From assembly GCA_964106645.2 (NCBI GenBank), contig OZ067047.1: 64,000 nt of DNA; one strand, given 5' to 3'. The notes under the pieces were generated by a model. The model saw nothing but the letters and a program-made list of their open reading frames with translations. It made no database searches and was not told where the DNA came from. Of this stretch, positions 62,428 through 64,000 are shown in pieces. The position numbers were made by a program, and so were the translations under genes. How positions within the stretch are numbered: the stretch's first letter is position 1; the number at the start of each line of letters is the position of its first letter. Source of the stretch: Podarcis pityusensis (taxonomy: Eukaryota).

Positions 62428-63249
62428 TACCTGGGAAGGTACCATGCTTCCTCTTCCTTTTTATGTGAACAGATTTTCTTCTTGTGCTTTTCTACCATGA
62501 ACTAGTGGTCTTGAGCTGGTGAACTTCAACTGATTGAACCTGTATTTATGCCACACATTCTGTGTTTTTTGTTTAAGTGAGGGATCTCAAGCAGACACAT
62601 TGAGGCAGATCTGCCTGGTGTGACTGATGAAGCCAAGAGGAAGGGAAATTATTGATAGCAGTGGTCAGGAACTGGTTGCTTTCAGTCATTAAGTTAATGC
62701 AGGTGGCTTGAAAAGGGGAGAGCACAGCACGTAAGACTTCAATACTGGTAGGAGCCAGAATCAACTCTGAAACAGCCCACCAAGGAACTGTTCACTAATC
62801 GCTCTATAGTTATATGTAAAGTGGACAAATGGGTGTTGAGTAAGGTGTGAGTGAGAAAACATGGCTTGAAACAGGTAGGCTTTGTTGGAAAGTGTTGAAA
62901 AGTGTCAGACCTATGTTTGAAAGTGTCCAAATTGAAAAGGGCAACAGAAGAAAAATACTGAAAATTATGGCTATTGGTTTGGCGGGAGATGTGATGGGGA
63001 AGGTAGATTCAGGGCACATGGATCCAGTGGGTTTTTTTTTTGTTTCTTTTACTGGAGGTGACCCTCCTTCCTGTGTGCCATAGACAAACTAAACAAGCAG
63101 ATCTGACAAGAGTGCTCTGGCAGCATCTAGCTCAGCTTTCTTTGCACATTTTGCCCCACTCCCATTTTTGTTCCTGCCTGCCTGCCTGCTGGATTTATGG
63201 AAATGGCGGGAATCTTTCTCCAAGCTGACCTAAACTGTTCTCTTGGCAG

Positions 63250-63349
63250 GCATGGGGAAGAAGGACGACCCCAAGCTGATGCAGGAGTGGTTCAAGCTGG
63301 TGCAAGAGAAGAATGCCTTAGTGCGCTATGAGTCGGAGCTCATGATATT
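63250..63349 (+). CDS. MICAL3: MICAL3 coding exon [33 protein letters not shown] (bMERB), phase 1 to 2
   Basis: Acceptor tctcttggcag, donor TT|gtgagt; 100 nt. Confidence 0.97.
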
Positions 63350-63947
63350 GTGAGTAAGGAGAGAAATTTCTGCATGCTTGGTCCACGCAGAGAAGGGGAA
63401 AGACGAGGCAACTATCCCCAGGCAGAGATATGTTATGGAACCTGTTTCTGTCTTCACCTTTGCTGTGATGACAATGTACAGATGGGAATCCTGTTGCTCT
63501 GGAGACCCATAGGCGCCCCAAGTAAAATAAAATTTTATAAAATTGATGAAGTGATCTGCTGCTGAGACCTGGTTCTCTTAGCATTTCCTTCGCATTCATG
63601 ATTCCAAATAAGGTCAATGTAAGAAGGAAGATCTTGTCCCTTGCAGCTCAGCCCTGATGTGCAGTGGGCAGTAGGGGCCAGATGGAGTGACTTGGCATTT
63701 TCCTGTTATTTTCTTATCTGCCTTTCTGACCATTCCGCAACATGGGTTTAGGTGAAAAACCAACATGTATGTTCATCAAAGGAGATTGTTCTGAACAAGG
63801 TTCTTAGTACAACTGAAGGGTTGCCTTACAATCAGTACTGAAAGGGAACACTTTACTACCTGAGCATGTTAGATTTTTAAGCCAGTATCTTAGACTGCTG
63901 CTGAAACAACCCAAACCAGACATTTGCCTATTCTTCTCTCCTTGCAG

Positions 63948-64000
63948 CGCTCGGGAGTTGGAGCTGGAGGACAGGCAAAGCCGACTACAGCAAGAACTTC
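63948..64000 (+). CDS. MICAL3: MICAL3 coding exon (F)ARELELEDRQSRLQQEL, truncated by the window end
   Basis: Acceptor ctctccttgcag; phase 2 start; bMERB ELELED motif. Confidence 0.96.

Larger units (their letters stand above)
14795..64000 (+). other. MICAL3: MICAL3 gene, 3' portion (post-LIM region to bMERB domain); begins upstream of and continues past the window
   Basis: Spliced translation contains peptides I recognise from MICAL3: [133 protein letters not shown]. Intron phases are mutually consistent. Confidence 0.97.

Overview
Eukaryotic genomic DNA, with a repeat content typical of a squamate reptile (probably a lacertid lizard; inferred from the repeats only). The whole window lies inside the 3' half of MICAL3 on the + strand. 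I traced 17 GT-AG exons by hand from 14795 to the window end; they splice into one open frame running from just after the LIM domain, through the acidic and proline-rich regions, into the C-terminal bMERB Rab-binding domain. Five frame-preserving exons look like alternative cassettes (20887-20976, 26293-26355, 41229-41279, 50285-50335, 60285-60350). Several carry RBFOX (TGCATG) or QKI (ACTAAY) motifs or long AG-free pyrimidine tracts, and two insert into the bMERB domain, one adding an RRR..FCPCC motif. Bases 1-14794 are intronic, with candidate intronic polyadenylation and alternative terminal exon signals. Introns hold CR1, L2 and BovB LINE fragments, tRNA- and CORE-type SINEs, and hAT, Tc1/mariner, Harbinger-like and Kolobok-like MITEs. 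Nearly all ORFs in the supplied track are spurious. Comparisons with human MICAL3 and repeat family names are from memory and need database confirmation. I see no clearly novel system; the best leads are splicing-regulatory.
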